Source of the DNA: a virus
Taxonomy: Duplodnaviria; Caudoviricetes
IMG/VR virus record: IMGVR_UViG_3300029930_000010
Span: 1 to 29,379 of that record
Length of the DNA stretch: 29,379 nucleotides
Strand: one strand, 5' to 3'
Shown here in pieces: positions 1 to 8,554 of this stretch (positions within the stretch are counted from its first letter, which is position 1; each line of letters starts with the position of its first letter). The notes beneath the pieces were generated by a model. That model was not told the DNA's origin. It made no database searches and was given only the letters and a program-made list of their open reading frames with translations. The translations under genes and the position numbers were made by a program.

Positions 1-318
1 AAGCCGCTTGACTACACAATTCTGTCAAACGACTTTCAGCTTGCCCCAATCCCGGATGGTGTTTATACGGTAAAGTTGTTGTACTACGCAGCGCCAGCTT
101 TTTTAAGTAGTTCAAACACATCAAACGCATTTCTGGCTAACTGTCCAGATTTGATGCTATATGGTTCATTGATTGAGGCAGAGCCTTATCTGATGAACGA
201 TGCCAGAATCAATACTTGGGGAACCATGTTTGATCGCGCTAAAAATTCTTTAACCACATCAGACCAGCAGGGTCAGTATTCTGGAGTTCCGCTGGTGATG
301 ACAACCACGGTGAGGTAA
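1..318 (+). CDS. Head-tail adaptor (tail tubular A-like) protein, 5'-truncated by the window edge
   Basis: Frame 1 is open from base 1 (KPLDYTILSNDFQLAPIPDGVYTVKLLYY...). It contains the P-D-L-x-L-Y-G-S-L-x-E-A-x-P-Y-L motif seen in podovirus adaptors and lies upstream of a nozzle-like gene. Confidence 0.7.
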   Translation, partial: KPLDYTILSNDFQLAPIPDGVYTVKLLYYAAPAFLSSSNTSNAFLANCPDLMLYGSLIEAEPYLMNDARINTWGTMFDRAKNSLTTSDQQGQYSGVPLVMTTTVR

Positions 319-320
319 AT

Positions 321-707
321 ATGTCTGAAATGTCGAACTACTTGGAAAATGCTCTTGTAAACGCAGTCCTGCGTAACACTAGCTACACCAGCCCAGCTAA
401 CGTATATCTTGCTCTGTACACCACAGACCCAACTGATGCCGATTCAGGCACAGAGGTCAGCGGAAACGCTTATGCCCGTCAAGCAATAACCTTTGGCGCT
501 CCGTCAAATGGGGTAACTACTAACAGCGCAGCAATTGAGTTCCCACAGGCGACAGGCTCATGGGGAACAGTTGCCTATGTTGGAATCCGTGACGCATCTA
601 GCGCAGGAAACCTGTTGTTTCATACCCCATTAGATGCCTCTAAGACAATTGCAACTGGTGATGTGTTTCGCGTAGCCGCAGGCTCACTTAGCGTAACTCT
701 GGCGTAA
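321..707 (+). CDS. Small virion structural/tail-associated protein (128 aa)
   Basis: GAGG RBS. The pattern 'SNYLEN...VYLALYTTDP...YARQAITF...FPQATGSWGT' is common in phage tail regions. TAATG coupling to the next gene. Confidence 0.65.
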   Translation: MSEMSNYLENALVNAVLRNTSYTSPANVYLALYTTDPTDADSGTEVSGNAYARQAITFGAPSNGVTTNSAAIEFPQATGSWGTVAYVGIRDASSAGNLLFHTPLDASKTIATGDVFRVAAGSLSVTLA

Positions 708-1294
708 TGGCTGATCTGCTGCCTCCGTGGACGATAGATTCGCTCGACCAATTAAAGTCGAGCATTGATGATCTTACGCTCACGCTTGATAGCAGCCTAT
801 ACCAGACATCAGTAACTCTTTGGGATGCCTACGGGTCTGTAAGCGCATCAGCGTCTGTTACGGCAGACGCAACAAGAGTCCAATACGCAAGTGCAGACAT
901 TCAGGCATCAGCGTCTGTTACGGCAGACGCAACAAGAGTCCAGTACGCAAGCGCATCAATTACGGCAAGCGCAACTGTATCGGCTGAAGCAAGTATTGTT
1001 ATAGACGCAAGCGCACAAATTGTTACACAAGCAACTTTTAGCGCTTTAGGTGGGATCATTGCAGATGGTTCGTGTAGCTTTGAATCAGCAGCAATAGTTA
1101 GCGCAAATGCTTATGTTGTTTATGCTGGAAACGCTAATATTTACTGCAATTCTTTAATTTCCTGCAATGCCTCAAATGGTCATAGTTGGACTGATGTTCC
1201 AGAAAATGCTAATAGCTGGAATGATGAGGTATTTACCACAAACACATGGACTACTCAATCGAATGGAAGTAACTCATGGCAACTCAACGCATAA
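707..1294 (+). CDS. Ala/Ser/Thr-rich putative structural (fibre-like) protein with internal repeats
   Basis: 20-aa repeats (ASASVTADATRVQYASA), a Trp-repeat C-terminus, and structural operon context. Confidence 0.55.
   Translation: MADLLPPWTIDSLDQLKSSIDDLTLTLDSSLYQTSVTLWDAYGSVSASASVTADATRVQYASADIQASASVTADATRVQYASASITASATVSAEASIVIDASAQIVTQATFSALGGIIADGSCSFESAAIVSANAYVVYAGNANIYCNSLISCNASNGHSWTDVPENANSWNDEVFTTNTWTTQSNGSNSWQLNA
845..955 (+). repeat. Tandem direct repeat, 60-bp period, two near-identical copies (845-895 and 905-955)
   Basis: gcatcagcgtctgttacggcagacgcaacaagagtcca(a/g)tacgcaag(t/c)gca occurs twice with 2 mismatches, in frame. Confidence 0.95.
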
Positions 1295-2724
1295 CATTTG
1301 GTGAATGGATGCCTGACCAGCCGGGGATCACAGGCGCATTGATGGACGCTAAAAATGTAGTGTCCCAAGCCGTTGGGTATGGGCCTCTACCAACCGCTGC
1401 GACATTTTCTGAGGCTGCTTCAGAAAATTTAACTACACTTGTGGCTGGGAAAACTCCAAATGGACAAACAAAGCTATTTGCTGCCGGAGCAACAAAGATA
1501 TACGATGTATCCGGCGTTGGCGCTTTAACAGATGCGTCAAAGTCTGGCGGCTACACGCCAAATGCTAACAATGACAGATTTCGTTTTACTCAATTTGGCG
1601 ATGTAATCATTGGCACTAACTTTAGTGACGCAATGCAGTCATACACGCTTGGGACATCAACAGACTTTGGTGATCTTTCGGCATCTGCTCCACTCTCAAA
1701 GTATGTGACAGTTGTTCGTGACTTTGTTGTTGCCGCATTTACTAAAGAATCAGGAACAACCTATCCAACGCGAGTCCGTTGGTCTGACATCAATGATGAG
1801 ACAAACTGGACTCCTAGCGCAACATCTCAAGCAGACCATCAAGACATCCCAGATGGCGGTCATGTCGTTGGGATTCGTGGCGGCGAATTTGGCTTGATAT
1901 TGCTTGAAAAAGCCATTTATCGAATGTCTTACATTGGTACGCCATTCGTGTTCCAGTTTGACAACATATCTCGCGGCAAGGGATGTGTTGCCGCTAGTTC
2001 AATTGCCCAAACCCAAGGCGTGACATTTTTCTTGTCGGATGACGGGTTCTATGCCTGCGATGGACAAAATGTTACGGCAATCGGCGCTGAGAAAGTAGAT
2101 CGCTGGTTTTATTCGGTAGCCGATGAAAGCGCATTTGATCTAATGAGCGCAGCAATTGATCCATTAAGAAAGTTAGTCATTTGGAACTTTAAGGACACAT
2201 TTGCACAACGTAAGCTGTTAATTTATAACTTCAAAACGCAAAAGTGGACTTATGGAGATGCAAATTCAGACTACATTTCTGATGCCTCTACCGCAGCTAC
2301 CAATCTTGAAGATTTAGACGATATTTCTGCCAGCATTGATGCCCTTGCTGTCAGCCTTGACTCTATACTTTACATGGGCGGCAAATACTTCTTGGGCGGC
2401 ACAAATGGCGCTTATGTTGTTACATACAACGGGCAACCAGCTACTGGTGAAATCATTACCGGAGACATCACGGCTGGGTATCGCTCCGTGATTACTCTTG
2501 CAAGACCGCAGGTGGACAATGGATCAGCAAGCGTAGCAACAGCAAGCCGCACATTGCTAAGTCAGGATATTGTGTTTAATACATCAGTTGCCGCAAATTC
2601 TGAAAACAGAATTTCATTGCGGTCAAATGGAAATTACCACAGGCTGAACATTACACCAACAGGCGCAAACTGGAAAACTGCTGTTGCCGTTGATATTGAT
2701 ATTATTCAGCAGGGCGTTAGATAA
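1276..2724 (+). CDS. Tail nozzle / DNA-stabilisation protein (P22 gp10 / tail tubular B-like beta-propeller)
   Basis: 482 aa, beta-rich, with 'RVRWSDIND...W', 'GCVAASSI', 'FFLSDDGFY' and 'LIYNFKTQKWTY' motifs. Lies between the adaptor and the ejection genes. Confidence 0.7.
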   Translation: MATQRITFGEWMPDQPGITGALMDAKNVVSQAVGYGPLPTAATFSEAASENLTTLVAGKTPNGQTKLFAAGATKIYDVSGVGALTDASKSGGYTPNANNDRFRFTQFGDVIIGTNFSDAMQSYTLGTSTDFGDLSASAPLSKYVTVVRDFVVAAFTKESGTTYPTRVRWSDINDETNWTPSATSQADHQDIPDGGHVVGIRGGEFGLILLEKAIYRMSYIGTPFVFQFDNISRGKGCVAASSIAQTQGVTFFLSDDGFYACDGQNVTAIGAEKVDRWFYSVADESAFDLMSAAIDPLRKLVIWNFKDTFAQRKLLIYNFKTQKWTYGDANSDYISDASTAATNLEDLDDISASIDALAVSLDSILYMGGKYFLGGTNGAYVVTYNGQPATGEIITGDITAGYRSVITLARPQVDNGSASVATASRTLLSQDIVFNTSVAANSENRISLRSNGNYHRLNITPTGANWKTAVAVDIDIIQQGVR

Positions 2725-3506
2725 TGTTTCGCGTTTTACCTGTCTTTGGCGGTGATCCAAGAGCGATCTCAGAGGTTGTTAATGGGGTTATGAACGGCAA
2801 GACCAACAATCATGGAACCGTCACGCTTAACACAGGAAACGCTACATCTACGATTATTTATGATGAGCGCATCAGCCCAGACTCAAAGATTATATTGATC
2901 CCTTGGTCTGATGCCGCTGAAGTTGATTCAGCGCCATACGGTCAATTTTCCAACAATTCAAGTCAAACAGCCCCCAGCGCAAATACCGCTGCGGTTGTTC
3001 AATGGGATACGACTGATTTATCTAATGGTGTATATCTTTCTAATACAACCAGAATAAATGTTAGAAATGCAGGAACATATAACATTATGTTTTCCTTGCA
3101 GTTGCAAAATTCTAACAATGACCATGAATATGCGGAAGTATGGTACAGGGTAAATGGCACAGATGTAGCCAATTCTGGCTCAAGGTTTGGTTTGCCGCCA
3201 AGGAAGTCAACCGGATCACCTAGTTCAGTTATTGGCTATATGAGCATATTTCTTGAATTAGACGCAAATGATTATGTTGAATTGGCTGGCGATGTGTCAA
3301 ATACAACAGTAACGCTTGAAACCTATGCGGCAGATGTTAGTGTCCCAAGGCCAGCCATCCCTGCCGCAATATTGTCAATTCAGTATATTGCTCCGATGGC
3401 TTATTCAAATGTCTATGTAAGCGACAAAAGCAAGGGGCAGGCTACCATTGCCCATTACGCCAACAGTACGGCTGACAAGACTTACGCCTATGTTGTCATC
3501 GGTTAA
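2724..3506 (+). CDS. Virion structural protein with central C1q/TNF-like beta-sandwich
   Basis: The central segment 'RINVRNAGTYNIMFSLQL...VWYRVNG...LELDANDYVEL' matches a C1q/BclA-like fold pattern. TAATG coupling. Confidence 0.55.
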   Translation: MFRVLPVFGGDPRAISEVVNGVMNGKTNNHGTVTLNTGNATSTIIYDERISPDSKIILIPWSDAAEVDSAPYGQFSNNSSQTAPSANTAAVVQWDTTDLSNGVYLSNTTRINVRNAGTYNIMFSLQLQNSNNDHEYAEVWYRVNGTDVANSGSRFGLPPRKSTGSPSSVIGYMSIFLELDANDYVELAGDVSNTTVTLETYAADVSVPRPAIPAAILSIQYIAPMAYSNVYVSDKSKGQATIAHYANSTADKTYAYVVIG

Positions 3507-3521
3507 AAACTTATTTATAAT
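3493..3521 (+). promoter_or_regulatory. Sigma70-type promoter upstream of the ejection-protein cluster
   Basis: TTGTCA (3493-3498), 17-nt spacer, TATAAT (3516-3521), at the only sizeable intergenic gap in the structural region. AGGAG RBS before 3575. Confidence 0.7.
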
Positions 3522-3574
3522 GTGTTCCAGCGGATCAACCGTCATGGAATCCAACTAACTTTTAGGAGTTAAAC

Positions 3575-4492
3575 ATGGCGGTCACAACCACCACATCCAT
3601 AGACCCAACAATCCAGCCGTTTTTAAGCTATGGCTTGGGTGAGGCGCAGCGCCTGTACCAGACGGGTGGGCCGCAATACTACCCCGGTCAAACCTACGTT
3701 TCGCCATCCCAAACCACACAAACTGGTTTGCAGGCGCTTGAGCAACGCGCAATGCAGGGTAATCCCCTACTTGGTCTTGCTCAAGGTCAATTGGTTGGAA
3801 CAATTGGCGGTCAATTCCTTGGCGGCAATCCATTCTTTCAGGGCGCATTTGCCCCTGCCGCACAAGCGGCAACGGCTCAATTCAACAAGGCAATTGGCGA
3901 TGTGACAAGTGCCGCATCTCGCGCAGGACGCTACGGCTCTGGCGCTATGGAGCGTTTGCAGGGTCAGGCATCCAATCAGCTTGCCCAGCAGCTTGCTAAC
4001 ACGGCTGGTCAATTGGCTTATCAAAATTACGCTCAGGAGCGTGGCTTGCAGCAAGCGGCAACAATGGCTGCTCCACAAATGTCTCAGGCTGACTATCAGG
4101 ACATTCAGAACCTGCTTGCCGCTGGTCAGGCGCGTGAGGGCTATACCGGACAACAACTGGCATCCGACATTGCGCGCTACAACTATATGCAGAATTTACC
4201 GCAGCAAAACCTGTCGGCTTTCTTGTCATCCGTGTACGGCAACCCGATGGCTAACCTAAAATCTGTGAGCCAAAGCGGGTATGCAGACACATCCACCCTG
4301 CAAAATGTTCTCGGTACAGCAGCAACGCTTGGCGGCTTGTATAAGAACCTTGGCGGTTCTACCGGAATAGGCAATCTATGGAATCAAGCAAGCAATTGGC
4401 TTGGTGGTAGCCCTAGTGTTCCTATATACCCAGTTAATCAAGCAAATTTAGCAGACCCATACGGATCAGGCTTGTGGTCTTGGGGAGATTAA
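3575..4492 (+). CDS. Putative DNA ejection/pilot (internal virion) protein
   Basis: 305 aa, Gln/Ala/Gly-rich and helical, no Cys, strong RBS. Position after the nozzle matches the P22 gp7 / T7 gp14 slot. Confidence 0.6.
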   Translation: MAVTTTTSIDPTIQPFLSYGLGEAQRLYQTGGPQYYPGQTYVSPSQTTQTGLQALEQRAMQGNPLLGLAQGQLVGTIGGQFLGGNPFFQGAFAPAAQAATAQFNKAIGDVTSAASRAGRYGSGAMERLQGQASNQLAQQLANTAGQLAYQNYAQERGLQQAATMAAPQMSQADYQDIQNLLAAGQAREGYTGQQLASDIARYNYMQNLPQQNLSAFLSSVYGNPMANLKSVSQSGYADTSTLQNVLGTAATLGGLYKNLGGSTGIGNLWNQASNWLGGSPSVPIYPVNQANLADPYGSGLWSWGD

Positions 4493-4495
4493 GAC

Positions 4496-5761
4496 ATGGC
4501 AGGATTACTTGATATTTTTGGTACAGGCGGCACTCAGACCTTGGGGCTGCTTGGTGGCGATATTCAGGCTGCGCGTGATGAGGCGCAGGCAAATGCTTTG
4601 TACGCACTAGCAGGCTCATTGCTGTCTGGTGGGCATCCCGGCTTGTCGATTGTAAAAGGATTGCAGCAGGGTCAACAGGCTTACAAGGAAGCAATGCTCG
4701 GCAAGATGCAGGAGCAATTGCAGGGCGTACAGGTCGAGGATTTGCTGCGTAAGCGCAAACTTGAGCAAGAGGCTCTTGCGCGTCAGCAAATGATTGATCG
4801 GGCTATTGCTAGGGCTTACATTCCCGGAACTGCTGCACAACCCGCTAAAGAAATTTATGGCGAAGACATCATGGGCCAGCAAGTGGGTGAGGGAATTATT
4901 CCTGCTGTTCCTGCTCAGGCTCCAAGGCTTGATATTCAAGCCATTGCTCCAGCGTTGATGGCAAGCCCAGAGGGGCGTAAGACACTTGGCGACTTGATGA
5001 CAGCACAGAAGGCAATGCTTGGTGAAACCGTCAAAGTTGGTGAGGGTGAAAAGGCTTACAGGATAAATCCATTAACCGGACAACCGGAATTTATCTTTAG
5101 CGGTGGAGAAAAGCCTGAAAAGCTAACTGGTATTGAAGGAAACATTGCTCATTTGCGCTTTGGCACAAATGACGTAAATAAACTTATGGCTATTCCCGGA
5201 GCCGCTGCTTACATTAAAAGAGAGGCAGAAAATCAGCGTAAGGAAAGTAAGCCAGTAATTAATCTAAATGATCCTACCGCTGTTTATAAACAACAATTAG
5301 AAACTGTTACCAAGTGGGAAAATTTCCTTTCAAGCACAAAAACAGATGAATTGGCAAATAGAGCCAATAACTTTTATCAGGCATATAACTTAGCGCAAAC
5401 TGGAAATAAATCTGCCGATGGCGCAATGATTTATAACGTTGCAAAACTGTATGACCCAACTGGAGTTGTTCAGCAGGCTGACATCAAAAATGTTGTTGGT
5501 AATAGGTCTATTCCAGAGGCTGTTAGATTTGCGGCGCAGAAAGTTACATCTGGAGGAACTTTGCTTGATTCTGAAAGAAAAAATCTTAAATCAATTATTG
5601 ATGAACTTGTTACATCTAGGCAAAAAAACATTATTCCATCACTTAACGCATATAGAGCAATTAACTCAAAACTTGGTGGCGATCCATCATTGCTAATAAA
5701 TCCATTAGAAATGATTGAAAAACCTAAATCGCTAAATGAAATTCTTGGGGGTGGACGATGA
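4496..5761 (+). CDS. Putative ejection/internal virion protein (421 aa)
   Basis: N-terminal GLL motifs and a Gln-rich coiled coil, no Cys. Second gene of the typical three-gene ejectosome slot. Confidence 0.55.
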   Translation: MAGLLDIFGTGGTQTLGLLGGDIQAARDEAQANALYALAGSLLSGGHPGLSIVKGLQQGQQAYKEAMLGKMQEQLQGVQVEDLLRKRKLEQEALARQQMIDRAIARAYIPGTAAQPAKEIYGEDIMGQQVGEGIIPAVPAQAPRLDIQAIAPALMASPEGRKTLGDLMTAQKAMLGETVKVGEGEKAYRINPLTGQPEFIFSGGEKPEKLTGIEGNIAHLRFGTNDVNKLMAIPGAAAYIKREAENQRKESKPVINLNDPTAVYKQQLETVTKWENFLSSTKTDELANRANNFYQAYNLAQTGNKSADGAMIYNVAKLYDPTGVVQQADIKNVVGNRSIPEAVRFAAQKVTSGGTLLDSERKNLKSIIDELVTSRQKNIIPSLNAYRAINSKLGGDPSLLINPLEMIEKPKSLNEILGGGR

Positions 5762-7755
5762 CTGATGCAGAAAGAATCCAAGAAGCATTAAACGCTGGTT
5801 ACAAAAAAGAGGATATTCGCGCTTGGTATCTTTCTAAAAATATCCCATTACCGAAAGAACTTGAGGTATCTGAGGCAGAAAAGATTGGCGCGGCGTTGCC
5901 TAAATCTGCAAAGTTAGGTCTTACTGCATTACAAGGCCCAACATTAGGATTTGCAGATGAATTGGCTGGTTTGATTTCAGCGCCATTACTTGCAAAACCC
6001 GGATTGCCTTTGTCAGAGGCTTATAAGCAAGGCAGAGACATTTACCGTTCTGGAGTCGAAAGTTATCAGCAAGAATATCCGATAGGCGCGCCAATGGTTC
6101 AAGCAGGCGCATCGTTGCCTTTGGGTATGCTTGGGATTGCCCAAAAAGCATTGCCAATGCTAGGCCCAATTCAAAGAGCAATTACCGCTGGCGGTGTGTC
6201 AGGTGCTATTGGCGGTGCTGGTGAAGCTGAAACGCTTGAAGAAGTGCCGCAAAAAGCAGCAATTGGGGCTACTTTAAGTTCTGTTCTTGGTGGAACAACA
6301 GAAACAGCTATGAAGATGGTACGTCCTGTCAAAAAAGCTGCCACTCAACGCGCCGCTGGAATTATTCCAGAGCAGATGCGTGAATTTGTAGATTACTCAT
6401 CTGCCGACATTGCAAGACGTAGAGTTGCTCAAGCTATGCTGCGTGATGGTGTCAGTACAGATCAAATTGCAGCAAGAATGTCAAAGCTAGGTGATGACGC
6501 TGTAATTGCTGAAGCCGCTGGCATGAATACACGCGATTTGCTAGATACAATGGCAACGTTGCCGGGGCGTACAAAAAACCTTACAGAAGAACTAATTAGA
6601 ACAAGGCAGGCAGGGCGAGGTCAAAGAATGTTTGAGGCTGCTGAAAGACAATTGTCTCCAAGTGGAGAGCGTCTTGCATCAACAATTGACGATCTAATTA
6701 AACAACGAGCCACAAACGCATCCCCGCTTTACGATCAAGTAAGAAAATTAAATATCGAACTTGACAAAGAAACTGTTGACATTCTTAATGCGGCGCAAAA
6801 ACTTGGCGCATTTGAAAACGCAAAAACAATTGCAACAGCATTACGCCAGCCGTTTACATTGTCTGACATGAAAAATGTCACGCAGGCATCAATGCCTGAT
6901 TTAGACATGGTGAAGCGTGGCATTGATGACCTAATAAGCAGTTCAAGAGCTGTTGACCAAAAGGGGAATTACACGGCATTTGGAAATGCGGTTAATAAGC
7001 TAAAAAGTGATTTGCTTGCAAAACTTGATGACGCAACAATAGACATAGAAACTGGAAGATCAATTTACAAAAGTGCGCGTGATGCGTTTGCTGGCCCATC
7101 TGCCTTAATTGATGCAGCAGAACTTGGAAGAACCATCTTCAATAAAGATTCTGCATTGATTCAAAAATCTATTAAAAACATGGGTGAATCTGAACTTGAG
7201 GCTTTCAGGATTGGCGCTTATGAAAATCTGCGATCAATTGCTGGAACGCAGTCAGGTCAGACAAGACTTTTGAATATGTGGAAAGAGCCTGCTACACAAG
7301 AAAAGTTAAAACAAATCTTTCCAAGCGAACGGGCTTACCGTGAGTTTGCATCAGACATTGCGGCAGAAGCTAGGAAAAAAGGTATTGAGACTGTTGGCAG
7401 AGGTTCACAAACTGCTGCAAGAGAAGCGCGAATGGAAGATATTGGCGCTGAAACCTTAAAAGATATGGGCGCTATTGCGGCAGCAAGTAAAACAATGGAT
7501 TTGGGTTCGTTGCTTAAACTTATTCAAGGGACAATGCAGCGCACTATTGTTCCCGAACCTGTAAGAAATGAAATTGGAAGAATTTTGTTAAGCAGGGCAT
7601 CAAGCGGTGATGAGTTAAGAGTGCTGCGCGAGGCTTTGGCTCAAATGGAGCGTCAACAAAGAGGCGCTGCTACGACTAGTGGGATTATTGGTTCTCAGTT
7701 AGGTATTCCTGCTGTTGAGCCTGTAACTGAAGCATTAAAATCACTTCTCCAGTAA
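5758..7755 (+). CDS. Putative large ejection/internal virion protein (665 aa)
   Basis: 'LQGPTLGFADEL' and Gly/Ala-rich amphipathic stretches typical of podovirus DNA-transfer proteins. ATGA-coupled, no Cys. Confidence 0.6.
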   Translation: MTDAERIQEALNAGYKKEDIRAWYLSKNIPLPKELEVSEAEKIGAALPKSAKLGLTALQGPTLGFADELAGLISAPLLAKPGLPLSEAYKQGRDIYRSGVESYQQEYPIGAPMVQAGASLPLGMLGIAQKALPMLGPIQRAITAGGVSGAIGGAGEAETLEEVPQKAAIGATLSSVLGGTTETAMKMVRPVKKAATQRAAGIIPEQMREFVDYSSADIARRRVAQAMLRDGVSTDQIAARMSKLGDDAVIAEAAGMNTRDLLDTMATLPGRTKNLTEELIRTRQAGRGQRMFEAAERQLSPSGERLASTIDDLIKQRATNASPLYDQVRKLNIELDKETVDILNAAQKLGAFENAKTIATALRQPFTLSDMKNVTQASMPDLDMVKRGIDDLISSSRAVDQKGNYTAFGNAVNKLKSDLLAKLDDATIDIETGRSIYKSARDAFAGPSALIDAAELGRTIFNKDSALIQKSIKNMGESELEAFRIGAYENLRSIAGTQSGQTRLLNMWKEPATQEKLKQIFPSERAYREFASDIAAEARKKGIETVGRGSQTAAREARMEDIGAETLKDMGAIAAASKTMDLGSLLKLIQGTMQRTIVPEPVRNEIGRILLSRASSGDELRVLREALAQMERQQRGAATTSGIIGSQLGIPAVEPVTEALKSLLQ

Positions 7756-7765
7756 GAGGTAAAAC

Positions 7766-8554
7766 ATGGCAAAAACCAAGATTTCGGAGTTTTCAGCAAC
7801 TCCCGGTAACAATACCGACATTGACGGTATTAACATTGCCGAGGGATGTGCGCCAAGTGGCATCAATGATGCCATCCGGGAGTTGATGTCTCAACTCAAG
7901 GACTTTCAAACTGGCTCTGCTGGGGATTCGTTTAATGGGCCTGTTGGTACGACAACAGCCGCTGCTGGAGCGTTTACAACCCTGTCAGCTTCAAGCACCG
8001 TAAGCGGAACAGGATTTAGCACCTATCTCGCAAGTCCTCCAGCAATTGGCGGCACGGCAGCCGCAGCAGGAAGTTTCACCACCCTAGCAGCCTCTGGAGC
8101 CTTCAGCCTCAGCGGAGATCAGGTGCAAGTTACAGAAGGCGGTACAGGCGCTTCCTCAGCCTCTGGCGCTAGAACAAATCTGGGCTTAGTGATCGGCACA
8201 GATGTTCAAGCCTACAACGCCAACAACGCAGTCACTAACACAGCACAGACATTCACCGTCAGTCAGCGCGGCACAGTCACCACCGACAATGACCTGTCTT
8301 TCGACATGAATGTGACGAACAACTTTAAATGCACCCCAACAGCAACAGGCGCTCTCACATTCACTAACATCACAGCCGGTCAAAGCGGATATGTCCTCTT
8401 AGTGAACTCAGGTGGCTATGCCATCACCGCAGCGGCAACCACAAAGGTGGGAGCAACATTCCTGTCCACGGTAAGCGCAGCAGGTACATATCTCATTAGC
8501 TACTTCACAGATGGCACGAATGTATATGTCACCGCATCAGGAGCGCTTTCGTAA
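7766..8554 (+). CDS. Tail fibre protein (virion-anchoring N-terminus)
   Basis: N-terminal 'NTDIDGINIAEGCAPSGINDAIRELM' anchor pattern, 'GGTGASSASGARTNLGL' fibre motif, Thr/Ala/Gly-rich. GAGG RBS. Confidence 0.75.
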   Translation: MAKTKISEFSATPGNNTDIDGINIAEGCAPSGINDAIRELMSQLKDFQTGSAGDSFNGPVGTTTAAAGAFTTLSASSTVSGTGFSTYLASPPAIGGTAAAAGSFTTLAASGAFSLSGDQVQVTEGGTGASSASGARTNLGLVIGTDVQAYNANNAVTNTAQTFTVSQRGTVTTDNDLSFDMNVTNNFKCTPTATGALTFTNITAGQSGYVLLVNSGGYAITAAATTKVGATFLSTVSAAGTYLISYFTDGTNVYVTASGALS

